Shown piece after piece: positions 21,101-29,332 of a stretch of DNA of 32,000 nucleotides. The notes under the pieces were generated by a model. It had not been told where the DNA came from, did no database searches, and saw only the letters and a program-made list of their open reading frames with translations. The translations under genes were made by a program, and so were the position numbers. Source of the DNA: Candidatus Harpocratesius repetitus (GTDB taxonomy: Archaea > Asgardarchaeota > Lokiarchaeia > Sigyniarchaeales > Promethearchaeaceae); the NCBI GenBank assembly GCA_021498095.1, contig JAIZWK010000001.1, positions 1,020,001-1,052,000 on the forward strand, in the 5' to 3' direction. How positions within the stretch are numbered: position 1 is the first letter of the stretch; the number at the start of each line of letters is the position of its first letter.

Positions 21101-24100
21101 TGAATATGCTTGTGGCTCCAATATCGCATTTTCATCAATAAGGAAAAATTTCACCTGTTGAATACAAAAGAGATAAAACGAAATAAGAATCGTATTTATG
21201 AGAATAAGTTTTAATGTTTCAAATAAAATGGGCATAATGTAGTTAGCAAAGAGCTTAATTCGAGTAAACATAATAATGCAATATAGACTTATAAGAAAAA
21301 CACTAATTCTAATGCTCCAAGATAAATATTCCTGAAAAAGGATAAATCCAAAGACCGCTCCGATTACAATATTTTGCATTAACAAGAAATCAATAATCCT
21401 TTTTTCATATATTTTAAATTTCTTATTAATTTGTGAGATGTTTTTAGTTGTTTGGATTAATGTGGTGCTTAAAAATAGTACTGCAAGTGGATACAGTATT
21501 ATTTCGCGTGGGTTAAGTAAAATTATCATAATTGTTTGCGAAAAAGCAAAAATATTCCACCAAAAGATCAATTCATATTGAATAAATCTTGAAAATCGTT
21601 TTAAGGAATCAAGAATCTTTAATTGTTGAGATTTTTGAATAATATGATAAATTAATAAAGATGGGAGAAATCCAGATATTATAATTAAAGATCCATTGGA
21701 GACTATTCCATTAAGATTGATCCAATTAATTACATTTACAAATAAGCCCAAAAATGTTGAATACAATGAAAAAATCCCAATCTGATAAAAAATTGGTAAT
21801 GAAATTGAATAAACTCTTTCTGAGATTAATTTAATACGATAAAATTTGTAAATACTGTAGATAATTGAACTAATTATGTAAAAACTGGCAACACATATTA
21901 AGAGAATACGAGTATAAATAGAAAATAATGAGAAGTCCCATATTTTGGAATATATAATACTGATTAGACAATTAAGTGAGTTTAGAAGTAGAAGTATACT
22001 CTTTATTATTGTATCGAAATGATATGTTAAAATTTTCTTTCTCATTTGAATAAATGAGTAAATAACATAAGTTATTGCAGAAGCGATAAAAGCTGTAAAA
22101 AAGAAGGAGATTAACAAGAAATATTTAAATAGCAAAGCAATAGCTAAAGAAAATACCAATGAGTTTACTAAAAGGAATGAATTTCTAATTATTTCGATAG
22201 ATTTTTGTTTTGAAGGATAGATGATTTCAAATTTTTGGAAGATTTTTCGAAGAATTTCTAGACATATTGCAGAAAATAGAAAAATTAGATAATATTGCAT
22301 ATGAAAAATAATACAGAGATTTAGAGTGATAACTAAAACCACTAAAACTTCAGTAATAATAGTGATTAACTTAATTGGGTTTTTATATTGGTTTTCTGAA
22401 ATAAATACATAATAATTATGCCTATTGTGAAATGAAATAAAAATATAGAATAATACAGCATCAAAAATTATCAAAATCTGGAGAATTATATTCTCCTGCA
22501 TGATGGTTGAAGGATCAGTTTTTTCAATTAAAAAAACAATAAATCCAATATTTAGAGCATTAAGAAAAATTATAACTATCCATTTTACGAAACGAATTAA
22601 TAAATATCGCTTTTTTGGAATTATTGTAGCTTCAAAAAGAGAATTAAGCGGATCTTGAATTAAACTTAAGTCAATCCTGATTACACTCAAGATTATGATA
22701 AAAGTTAATAAATAAAGATAAATATTTTCTTTAAAGACAAAATTTGAAAGAATTTTGAATCCTAAATATATCGATGAGCTTGAAAAAGAAAGAATTAACA
22801 GACCTTGGTATATAATTTTTCCTAAATCATATAATCTCAGTTTATTCCAAAATTTATTTAGAAAGAATATTTTTTTCAATTCTTGAGAATTTGAATAATG
22901 TAATAAAGCAAGAATAACACCAACGAATAGACAAGGTAAAAAGTTCCAAGTAGAAAGTTCAAATAATAAAAATGTTGTAATAAACAAGATTAAAGTATTA
23001 TTGATAATAAGAATGGATGAATCAATCCATTTTTTTATTATATGAAAATCTCGCTGTAGAAAAGCAGGAATTAATTGATTCTTTGAAAATGTGATTAATA
23101 TATTCCAGATGAATTGACCAATAAATAAACTTGAGATACTTGGCCAAAGAAAGAAGAGAATAAATGAACTGATGCGAAGGACACCTATCTGCAAAAAAAA
23201 ATTGATTTTTTGACAGAAATTCTTAGGTAGTAATCCAAACTTCTGATTTATCATGACAAATACAATAATTAGTAAAATACTCAGAATAAAAGCAGTCGAT
23301 AAAGAAAATAAATTGATAAATAAGGTTTTTGAATGGAAAAACATTGTAAATTGTGCACACCATTCTCCTGAACTATCAATCAAGTTTTGTAATCCTAATG
23401 CATTTATTACTCTTTTTTTATTGAAATAATTCAAAATTTCTATATATCTAGTAATATTTAGGATGAAAGAAATATAATTAAATATGCCCTTGATTATCAA
23501 TAAAAATAGACCTATTTGAAAAATACATAAACTGATTGTTATTGAAGCAAAAAAAGATTTAGGGGGTTTTTCTTTAAATTCTTTCTTCAATACATAATAA
23601 AATATGGAAAGTAATGAAAGATTAAGAAAGAAAATATAATTAATTACTGGATATTTATTTATCAACCATCCTCGTTTAGAAGTAAAAACTGCAAGGGAAA
23701 GCCCTAATTCTATAAATAAGATCAAATAGAGAAGAGTTTCTATTTTTTGCAAATATTTTTGTAGATTTTCATCATAAATCTTTAATAATTTTTCTCCAAC
23801 AATTGCTAAAACTGTGCAAATGATTAGTTGAATATACCAAGGCAATGGAATGATAAAAAAGCAATTGAAAATAATAGCTATATAGAAAAGAAGTTGAATC
23901 TGGTAGTCCTGTCCGCGAGATTGAATTTTTATAATATATTGCTCCAAAATTGAGCCCACAAACATGATTCCAAAAGAAAAACCAACAAATTCTTGATTTA
24001 CTTGACTCAGTAGTGAATAACCAAAAAGGAAAATTGCCAGAACAACTGAAAATATATTATTTACTGCTTGCAAATGTGATTTTGAATGTAGAGGACTAAG

Positions 24101-25045
24101 ATATTTGATTCGTTCTTGACGAAATTTGATTAGAAGGATACACGTGCCTTTAATTAACCAAAAAATTGAAAAAAGTAAAATGATTGGAAATGAGATATTT
24201 ATTTTATAGAATTGTGCAATTAAACTGATGAAGGGAGTTAATAATAAGATAATTTTTATGATATCTAATATGTAAAGGGAAAAATAGAGTTGTTTTTCAT
24301 TATTAAAAGAAGCTTTTTTATTTAAATTTATTTTAATTAAGTGGATTCCAACAGGAGTTAGAAGAATTATTAGTAAATTTAAAAGAGTATCAAGCCAAAC
24401 TTCATGAAAAATCAAGATTGTTGCAGTTGAGACCAATCTATTGGCAAAAAGGGAGATATAGAGTTCATGGGTTAAATTTCTTGATTTCTTTTTTAAGAAA
24501 TTTTCAAAGAGATGGTTATGAGGGGTATTATCAATAGATTCCTTAGTTAATTCTTTAAAACTATGATTGTTTTTGAAATCTAAGATAAAAAATTGCCAGT
24601 ATAATCTAATTCCCAAAAGAAACAAAAGGTTGCTGATAAAGGGGAAAAAAAACTCAAATGAAGCATATTGCTTAATTGTGAAAATGGCTGAAAATGTGAT
24701 ATTACTTAAAAAAACAGGCAAAAACGCGGTAATTAAGGCTGCAATGATACCATTTTTAAAATTCTGTTGTGTAATATACCAATGTTTTGATTTTTTTCTT
24801 GCACGGTAGAATAATCCTAATCCAAAAGGTAAAACAAATAAAATCGCCAAAACAAAAAACCCAATGCTGTATTCCCCAATTAGAAAATCTTCATGAGCAA
24901 TAATTGCTGAAATTCCGGCAGAAAAAACACCAAAAATTCCAGGAATGGCGAAAATATATATTAAACCAAATGCAATTCCAGAGAGAAGTTCAGTTATTTT
25001 TCCTAAATTTTCACTTGTTGAAGAATTTTGATTAATTGATGCCAT
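12155..25045 (-). CDS. Giant (4296 aa) polytopic membrane protein of unknown function
   Basis: Uninterrupted 12.9-kb ORF in very AT-rich DNA. It is a continuous series of ~20-aa hydrophobic segments (I/L/F-rich) separated by short Lys-rich loops. No enzyme or nucleotide-binding motif was recognised. GGGGG lies about 11 nt upstream of the ATG. Confidence 0.9.
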   Translation of the reverse strand: MASINQNSSTSENLGKITELLSGIAFGLIYIFAIPGIFGVFSAGISAIIAHEDFLIGEYSIGFFVLAILFVLPFGLGLFYRARKKSKHWYITQQNFKNGIIAALITAFLPVFLSNITFSAIFTIKQYASFEFFFPFISNLLFLLGIRLYWQFFILDFKNNHSFKELTKESIDNTPHNHLFENFLKKKSRNLTHELYISLFANRLVSTATILIFHEVWLDTLLNLLIILLTPVGIHLIKINLNKKASFNNEKQLYFSLYILDIIKIILLLTPFISLIAQFYKINISFPIILLFSIFWLIKGTCILLIKFRQERIKYLSPLHSKSHLQAVNNIFSVVLAIFLFGYSLLSQVNQEFVGFSFGIMFVGSILEQYIIKIQSRGQDYQIQLLFYIAIIFNCFFIIPLPWYIQLIICTVLAIVGEKLLKIYDENLQKYLQKIETLLYLILFIELGLSLAVFTSKRGWLINKYPVINYIFFLNLSLLSIFYYVLKKEFKEKPPKSFFASITISLCIFQIGLFLLIIKGIFNYISFILNITRYIEILNYFNKKRVINALGLQNLIDSSGEWCAQFTMFFHSKTLFINLFSLSTAFILSILLIIVFVMINQKFGLLPKNFCQKINFFLQIGVLRISSFILFFLWPSISSLFIGQFIWNILITFSKNQLIPAFLQRDFHIIKKWIDSSILIINNTLILFITTFLLFELSTWNFLPCLFVGVILALLHYSNSQELKKIFFLNKFWNKLRLYDLGKIIYQGLLILSFSSSSIYLGFKILSNFVFKENIYLYLLTFIIILSVIRIDLSLIQDPLNSLFEATIIPKKRYLLIRFVKWIVIIFLNALNIGFIVFLIEKTDPSTIMQENIILQILIIFDAVLFYIFISFHNRHNYYVFISENQYKNPIKLITIITEVLVVLVITLNLCIIFHMQYYLIFLFSAICLEILRKIFQKFEIIYPSKQKSIEIIRNSFLLVNSLVFSLAIALLFKYFLLISFFFTAFIASAITYVIYSFIQMRKKILTYHFDTIIKSILLLLNSLNCLISIIYSKIWDFSLFSIYTRILLICVASFYIISSIIYSIYKFYRIKLISERVYSISLPIFYQIGIFSLYSTFLGLFVNVINWINLNGIVSNGSLIIISGFLPSLLIYHIIQKSQQLKILDSLKRFSRFIQYELIFWWNIFAFSQTIMIILLNPREIILYPLAVLFLSTTLIQTTKNISQINKKFKIYEKRIIDFLLMQNIVIGAVFGFILFQEYLSWSIRISVFLISLYCIIMFTRIKLFANYIMPILFETLKLILINTILISFYLFCIQQVKFFLIDENAILEPQAYSFYLVILGFQYFLPLIKHNIEKFQEFKLIKTKTWESIYFTLLHIQIYSMILAGILLFSHLSGFYDFNLMKSMIPSGNWFFIVAINMILPGIFLYFNQRNRKIQEDSKYQHVFIIEFYLYSYITVLCVSFGILFTVPFRWDLFVGLIILNQLYITFILSKIANIQSYLNKHFFQIVLFIKRMILFELFSILTTFLHIQFGTRWITSVFFGFIFLDALILSVPYFKKCIPVSIWYETLGFIIVTTGWLLFGALVHYCIPLTNDGASFLIFSIVLLFPISCTYFALKVFRKGRIHEKLSFHLLQGSFSLLVLNLLAIIFFGTNNVISPYFFLIFMSLILIAALFYDKSHLHLFMNRKLHIVAQSFVYIFSSFSIAWVISDLIAFNIESQIFVFSLVALPEIYFALRKSEAFYENFIDIYVEIQEKQKLTNEIKKSNVIVDVRESPNTPIENQIKANLSHNPSEIPQKIEQIPVGFTVIDSFHKKYNNIIQGIMIFAGVLLSYFWIRIVLLNHISLISALSFNLLGIFYLIKSLGAKEDRFTINFSIVLINIFYYLIYSYFQPINFYVYFVFAIVFIGSLHRLTTSLLPRPKEIINIENFVILTLYWSIVSQLPLIISLILLITGSLFMMFSPRSYLNLFFVTLFVSSIIFFLYNLMAYYSISWYLSITASITIGTLGEWILCGVSKTWRHNLLKTILGYFAYGMGVLAFSLLLFDYFIVMRYIAPVVFGIALSLIYLLRKTTTSQRQKSIFTGIIFAHTLIFFLSIGYCYLFYSLIYSIVLSITLGIGSTLLVYFYYYDHFDIPIRPEMVKMTLFFSGAGFSSNIFLLLVEPNLIQLSIKIAVPIALDFFIFIYFIGVGLYLHQFTKEIWIKGATAWLFVPIVNFVLIFEAVTNIDQYTMAIKLSNLSLSGSIVLSIVVCSLLYLPYLLTKLKQYIDYFVYAFWTELLLLAYWASVNLFPTEFILQIPFVGLITIAVIIPYYYFRKRWQLLMYLWPLACGLNIVFFSLYFNFGLQWEIPLNFLLFGIYLIIYTNFPLIKNKKPLLYLTFTISSYIIMFGSLFALLYSFVVIIFYDWIISASITLIIMSFALIPGKYFKIETKILKPIFSFCLAFSTGVVIWRVFNLISAVNLNLFGIFIGCAFFWAILLLFQVKDYLLKELYQISWFFMSLSFGLAAFEIFLTAFNVGVWASTGILLIVFTFISFPLLRTRLIIPILIIGTAIGLILNQSAISIWNLAQIQPSLTFINILLAIFLGISFIGYKMIRFGIFSNKMKNYLLYLAVWTLFSISSSINFVLSLHIHFNFVWFNFAALLFNCLIIFSLLIIFYVKKSVILQDLREIHKMLSTIQTIIIQFVYVFDSLILALNFPVEIRYISNLNSLDLIEIFLNRTLIFISSLYACIIGIDQYFVKSIPKRFRLQMQWILVFTFSLLLSSLSYLLWNSWQLGLLLFTSITFYTLYLINRIHLFQFHIWLIIGNTILLNISLFWILYISFNLSPSIGNLFLFNLIFIGLIVTSIDYFFVRINILPQKTRKALAFQLNLVLAALIAEGFRSFTNQPISLLLEIINISAVFLAMFSLASNRLIRSNKQVIAFWGLLSFSFSVFLFNLGILIISLTQISFTLFESILFFIGIFSGVLHLVITKLIDKRIIISADSGLYHHSIFPAIVISMSDDTFDENTNKSEKIDYNINKSGNEKAESNKRFILSENIISLYQQFISLCITLSIIAINQFWNRIFVQLVENTTDSIIYQIVLWTCSFSTLISLGWLYFLNNLRIQGIEWNFKYQFLKNSAIIKQVALYTFGLLLFSHLWALMDISGEILHIHFAKLMLNFLILSVVFLILMNTKYFIKQIYETIKFTASLSLTLYIFEILRLNTTILPLTNISLSLVILCMLNLRYISNPIRVYTFWAINANLLCNSFYLVITMIILTELSLFDSIIWYSFIFGFFYTIELLLITFYGETGHNSLNSQDSSIKQKKINYNIILHGSNNKDQRVTIFILWLCVYSLIFTGFFSRIAYFIIWKLNVLNQTSTFYKITVFINLILFIFLLYGTFIWDYLKNIDVPWKKGKFFFKGGAIWLYITFLMVSTLIFQILLRLLGIFSVELNKVFQILLIDLLISIGFFYLSISSRTIPDFGKKYIRLFWKFCLALLIEILLQNLNSSALIFNWSAFVFIFSILYLSETKKTTTSTFIWSLRQFSILGMLTQYIFSDWVLFRIGDYSSLLIFKALLVLFVFSIFFTIILETRNNHTQVKNYLQIKEARSTKSFENYEVFSEFDSTKIHTKDLAIKWEKIPASIKIFKSPEVLRYINAVWMLIFPACTFSLLILIFNYILPSIVPTAVDYFGSSFSTINWGISLLLMIGVYLIALNVMIRYSNRYQLNLLGLKSKTSSLKFLQVISILFYVVCAIISILIFTLSLISFPSFYLLNLLIICCSITMFLILAVGELKINKFLDVNRIERISLILLIIAGAAACILLIAVSEQWIYIIPFFIFLALLQQTRYAHSLNYLPIYRLSFIGIYSSFILWFGITIGRILNPYLAILLINGFIHIIVEFENWMNFMKFKKYISHYMQISWISFNLLSIVCGMLFFLPNINTYKIYFVLLIFTFEGFYTIKLLIDPTSSLFTHLKHSLIWVTYILSTALILNALIELNLSEGKEYFDSLIFTRLVLISEIFLVFYLVGYLDYKKIHSISVKIIKKIELILFIIFIISSTSTLGFFLFLILPSFIKETPPITYPPNYYILTIIPGMLFLITAVVAIALYFKLRNKQLNQILYFIMVIELFLFIIGQNMIILAFIILSFAIILYPILFFLERFIDFIKHIGKRVIHFFRWLIDGIIRLYFAVVNWIEKHIKLVLSLMGLTGAIGMYLIISDIFISGLVFLAIIYYVSPEREKETTQANFGKKLLYRLLVFICLFGTLLSNNIIPLRAWIFTLILLGFFGYVIWAVRKSEEIYHLSMQWRLWSSLIAIIDFLLTIFFILQEYYF

Positions 25046-25405
25046 TATTTATATTTCCCCCATTTTTACTATCTTTGCAACCTAAAAATCAAGATGGAAT
25101 AATAAAAAAAATAATTATTATCCTTTATCGGAGGAAGAATTTTCTATAAAAAATCTCCGTGTTTTTCCCAAGTTGATGAATTTTAGGCTGTGATAATCAA
25201 TATTACTTTAAACATTTAAATCTTAGTGGGGATAATTTTTCTAGAAAGAATTTTAACAATAAAAAAAGCCCCACTTTTAAATTATTCTTTATCTCTATAT
25301 TAAAAATTTTGGTGTTAACCAAGGTAGAAGTGAAATATTTGTGTGAAACCTCATGAAAAAAAAGAAAAAATCTTAACTATTATAGTTCTACAAGGAATTC
25401 AATCT

Positions 25406-26302
25406 TCATTCTTCTATCTTCTGCTTTACTCCTTGCTTTGGTGTTCCGATAAGAATTATCAGAAGTAAAAGAATTAAAAGAATAATAAGAAAAAAACCTG
25501 CACCTATCAAGAAAGATAGAAAATAATCATTGAAGAATGGGCTTGCAAGCAAGAAAATTATCAATCCTAACGCCCAATTTATATAAGCGGAAACAATTAT
25601 ATAAAGACCTACTCTGAAAGAGAGTTGAGATCCGATAAATTTAATTTTTCGATGAGATTCATCTGATTTCAAAAGTTCTTTTGCTTTAGATTGATGTTGG
25701 ATTAATATATTCATCCATTTTATGAAGGCCATCATTCCAGCACCTAATAGGCACCAAAATGCTTCGATAAATTGAAATGGGTTGCTAATTGGATAAATAA
25801 AAGAAATAATATATTTTATTGTTGCTAAAAGGAAATTCAACCATGCAAAATACAAGATCAGATAGATCATTCCTGTAGCAAAGCTGAAAGATCCTTTTAT
25901 TGTTCCTTTATCAAAAGATTCTCGAATTTTGATATTAATTTTATACATCATCGAAAAGTGTTTTCGCAGCAATGGTACGTTTTTTAGCTTTTTCAAGCGA
26001 TTTGGCTCAATTTTAATGAGTACTGCAATGGCACCAAACAGATAGTAGAGAGCGAATGATATAATCAATGGAATTTCAATATATTGAGAAATTACATAAC
26101 TCAAACCTAGGAAAAATAGATATGAAAGGATGGAAATCCAAAAATTATTCTTATTTGGTTTGTTTTCATCGGTATTATCAATGTTTCTTAATCCTTCGTC
26201 TTCTTCCTTCAAAATTTCATCTTTTTTTTCTTCATCTATATTAACTACATTAGATTGTGATTTATCTTTGGGTTTTTTCAAGAATTTTAAAAATGGGGTC
26301 AT
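25406..26302 (-). CDS. Hypothetical membrane protein (about 6-7 TM helices, charged N-terminal tail)
   Basis: ATG 26302 is preceded by AAGGAGTGA, which overlaps the amylase stop, so it is preferred over GTG 26338. Several hydrophobic segments follow an acidic/Lys-rich N-terminus. Confidence 0.7.
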   Translation of the reverse strand: MTPFLKFLKKPKDKSQSNVVNIDEEKKDEILKEEDEGLRNIDNTDENKPNKNNFWISILSYLFFLGLSYVISQYIEIPLIISFALYYLFGAIAVLIKIEPNRLKKLKNVPLLRKHFSMMYKINIKIRESFDKGTIKGSFSFATGMIYLILYFAWLNFLLATIKYIISFIYPISNPFQFIEAFWCLLGAGMMAFIKWMNILIQHQSKAKELLKSDESHRKIKFIGSQLSFRVGLYIIVSAYINWALGLIIFLLASPFFNDYFLSFLIGAGFFLIILLILLLLIILIGTPKQGVKQKIEE

Positions 26303-26307
26303 ATTTT

Positions 26308-26316
26308 TCACTCCTT
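26308..26316 (-). promoter_or_regulatory. Shine-Dalgarno site AAGGAGTGA
   Basis: 5 nt upstream of ATG 26302; includes the TGA of the amylase gene. Confidence 0.6.
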
Positions 26317-27816
26317 TATTATTTTTAATGCTTCCCACGGTAAAACTTCTAAAATGGGATTAATCATTGAGTTCTGATTTGAAAACTGTCCCATTCTACC
26401 GGTGTTCGTTAGTGAATACCATTTCCAATTCAAGGATTTGCTTCTTTTCGATAACTCATTATCATTTCGTGTTTTTATGATGAACTCATCTAAAGTTTGC
26501 GTTGATGGGCTGTAATTTATTAGGATAATTTCCAAATCATCTGTACATTGCCATATATAGCCGATAATTGATTCTGGAAGATCCTTTAATAAAAACCAAT
26601 TAACTTCTTTTGGTTGTGTTTGGTATTTCAAAAAGGGAGTCGAATAAAGCGATGAATAGAATTGATACAATTCATCGTTTTTTACTTCTACAGGATAACG
26701 TGCTAATTGAACTGGTAATTTTAATTTCCAACCAAATTGTTGTCCGTAATGATGGAGATATGCACCAGGTAGAGTGTATGTGAGTACAGCAGCTGCCTTT
26801 GATCTTTCTTGTTTTAAGGTGTAATTTGCACGCAATTCGTCATGATTTTCGATAAATCGGAGTAATTTACGTTGATAATTCCATGAAGCTGTAAGATGGA
26901 TGCGTATATCTTCAGTTGATGCATGAATCAGTCTATCAAATAAACGCTTATCATAACAGAAATCAAAACCAAGCTGCTGAAGTTGCCATTCCATATCCCA
27001 ATATACCTCTGCAATAAACAGAAAGTTTGGGTGTTTTTTTTTGATATTTGATATAATTTCGTCCCAAAATTCTCGGTTCAATGGTGATCCTGCGCGTTCT
27101 TTCCAAGTCTGGTGAAAAATACGATTGGTTAATAGCATTGCCATATCACATCGAACACCATCGACCCATTTTGCCATCCTATCTAAGGTTAGAATAACTT
27201 CGTGACGATATTCAGAAGAGAATGCATTCAATTGAGCCGTATCTGTCCAAGAGGGGAAAAAAGGATCTTTTCCGTGAGCAAAGATTGCTGAATTGTTAAA
27301 ATTTTTATTCTTCTCTTTCCTGTGTTGACCATCGATTTGAAAAAAATCTTTGGGATGAAATTTAAGATCTTCAGTAGAGCCATGAATAAAATACTCTGGA
27401 TGTAGTTTTACCCATTCATGATCGAGAGCTACATGATTAGGGATGAAATCAACGACCAGCTTTTTTCCCTGTTCATGCAATTGATTCGATAAATTAATAA
27501 AATCCGATTCATCTCCAAAATATGGATCTATTGTGTATGCAGCAACTGCATATGGAGAACCAATAACATCATCATTATTATAATCTGATAATGCTTTTTT
27601 GTATTCTATTTGTAATCCTTCGTGATTTTGGGCAATTTCTTTTCCAATTTTACTACGTTTCCATATTCCCATAAACCAAACATAGTCAAAATGCATTAAT
27701 TCCTTGCTCCAGATTGTTTTTGGAATATCTGCTATGGTTTTAATGTTATTTTCCTTTTTCCATTGCAGCAACCACGGCCATGTATTGATTTCAATAATTC
27801 TTGGAAAGAAATTCAT
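26308..27816 (-). CDS. GH13 alpha-amylase-family glycoside hydrolase (cytoplasmic)
   Basis: GSPYAV, VVDFIPNHVA, catalytic DGVRCDMA (nucleophile), FIAEVYW (acid/base) and RFIENHDE; no signal peptide. Confidence 0.92.
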   Translation of the reverse strand: MNFFPRIIEINTWPWLLQWKKENNIKTIADIPKTIWSKELMHFDYVWFMGIWKRSKIGKEIAQNHEGLQIEYKKALSDYNNDDVIGSPYAVAAYTIDPYFGDESDFINLSNQLHEQGKKLVVDFIPNHVALDHEWVKLHPEYFIHGSTEDLKFHPKDFFQIDGQHRKEKNKNFNNSAIFAHGKDPFFPSWTDTAQLNAFSSEYRHEVILTLDRMAKWVDGVRCDMAMLLTNRIFHQTWKERAGSPLNREFWDEIISNIKKKHPNFLFIAEVYWDMEWQLQQLGFDFCYDKRLFDRLIHASTEDIRIHLTASWNYQRKLLRFIENHDELRANYTLKQERSKAAAVLTYTLPGAYLHHYGQQFGWKLKLPVQLARYPVEVKNDELYQFYSSLYSTPFLKYQTQPKEVNWFLLKDLPESIIGYIWQCTDDLEIILINYSPSTQTLDEFIIKTRNDNELSKRSKSLNWKWYSLTNTGRMGQFSNQNSMINPILEVLPWEALKIIKE

Positions 27817-27964
27817 GGGAATAATTCCTTTTTCTTTTTTAATTTATTATATTTTTCTCTTATAATACCTTATTTTTCATATTTGAGAATGGTGTAAATA
27901 ATTAAATAAAATATGATATTATGGTGATCAAATAAATAATAAAGCTCATCTGGTAATTAGATAA

Positions 27965-28606
27965 ATGCATGAACTACCCTATATTCATATACAAGTTATT
28001 AGCAAATCTTCGAAAAGTATGACAAAACGGGCACTTTTAGAAAAAACGCTTCAAAAATTTAAAAAGACTCATAAAGCTCGTTTTTCTTGGGGTGGAACCG
28101 AAGATAATCCTATTTTGAAAGTGAATTATGATTCTGAAGCAGATTTTAGAGTAGCATATGAATATGGTGTGGATGGATTTCTAAAGATTGTTCAAATTTT
28201 GCAAGAACAAAATTTTCCATTTGATTTATTATACACACATAAAGAAATTTCCAAACCTGCATCGTCGACTCAAATAAATAAAGATAAGGAAGAATCTGAA
28301 GATGTATTACCATCAATTGAAGATTATTATGTAGTTCTTGAGTATTTAACAAATCGACCAGATATAATGCGACATAATTATCAAATGACTTGGCGCGTCA
28401 GTCAAATTATTGGAACTCGATTTTTTGTAGAAGAAACTGCAACAGGCTTTATTATTTTCTTTGATCGAAAAGTGGATTATGATATCGCCCAACTAGATCG
28501 AGAAAATCCCCAAGAATTACTTGAATGGGTTAAATCCACACCAATTGGTGAAGATTCCCAATTACTTGCAAAATTAGTTAAGATAATCCAACAAAATATC
28601 CACTAA
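27965..28606 (+). CDS. Hypothetical soluble protein, apparently two similar domains
   Basis: 213-aa ORF with a polar linker (SKPASSTQINKDKEESED) between two alpha/beta halves. Confidence 0.75.
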   Translation: MHELPYIHIQVISKSSKSMTKRALLEKTLQKFKKTHKARFSWGGTEDNPILKVNYDSEADFRVAYEYGVDGFLKIVQILQEQNFPFDLLYTHKEISKPASSTQINKDKEESEDVLPSIEDYYVVLEYLTNRPDIMRHNYQMTWRVSQIIGTRFFVEETATGFIIFFDRKVDYDIAQLDRENPQELLEWVKSTPIGEDSQLLAKLVKIIQQNIH

Positions 28607-28728
28607 ATTCAATGTAAACTAAGAATCATTATCTTTTTATCATTAATTTTTTAAATAACAAATTATTGGTATTCCTTTATAAAGAGGAAAAACTAAAAAA
28701 TTACCCTACTATTTTATGATCGAGTAAA

Positions 28729-28923
28729 ATGGAAATGATTCTTGGTGTGATCGAAGATTTACTAGATAAATATGAGAATGGGACTCCAGAAGAAAAAGAA
28801 GATTCGTTAAACAGTCTCAAATTGGAAAGAGATCAATTTTTGCAGAATCTCAAACCTTTAGTTGAAGCTGGTAACTCTGACGCTCAAAAAATATACAATA
28901 AATTAGAAAATCTCTCCTTCTGA
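28729..28923 (+). CDS. Small acidic helical hypothetical protein (64 aa)
   Basis: ATG start, amphipathic-helix pattern, T-run after the stop. Confidence 0.6.
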   Translation: MEMILGVIEDLLDKYENGTPEEKEDSLNSLKLERDQFLQNLKPLVEAGNSDAQKIYNKLENLSF

Positions 28924-28985
28924 ATTAAAATTGATTGAGTTTTTTTATCTCTTTTCTGGTATAGAAAAATTTAATTATGCAAAGT

Positions 28986-29150
28986 TCAATATTCATCCAT
29001 CGTTTTCAAGACTTCAACCATTGAGTCAATTAAAGAATCTATCTGCTGATCAGGTGGAATGAAATGATGAGCCCTAAGTAATTCTAAATAATTAAAATAA
29101 GTTGTAACTGAAGGTAAATATACATCAAAATCAATATTAATAGTCGGCAT
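28986..29150 (-). CDS. Small hypothetical protein (54 aa), not in the ORF track
   Basis: ATG 29150 to TGA 28986: MPTINIDFDVYLPSVTTYFNYLELLRAHHFIPPDQQIDSLIDSMVEVLKTMDEY. TATA-like TTTATAAA at 29188-29181. Similar to the protein at 29715-29972. Confidence 0.7.
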   Translation of the reverse strand: MPTINIDFDVYLPSVTTYFNYLELLRAHHFIPPDQQIDSLIDSMVEVLKTMDEY

Positions 29151-29332
29151 TAATTGTTCATAACATTCTTTTTTTTTATATTTATAAAGCTATTGGTAAG
29201 AATTCATATCTCAAGATCTTTTTCTCTTTATATTAATTAGGCAATTCAAAAAATTCATTGATCTATATCATTGAAAATGTAAATGAACTCTTATTAAGTA
29301 AAAAGTGAAAAAATTTTCATCACATCACCATC

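Noticed and set aside
12129-24809. Short track ORFs overlapping the giant gene (12129-12326, 12177-12395, 15892-16095, 16221-16442, 17697-17894, 18321-18524, 24567-24809)
   Set aside because: Antisense or alternate-frame shadows of a Leu/Ile/Phe-rich gene, with no motifs or independent signals.
26130-28352. Track ORFs 26130-26363 (+) and 28146-28352 (-)
   Set aside because: Antisense to supported CDSs.
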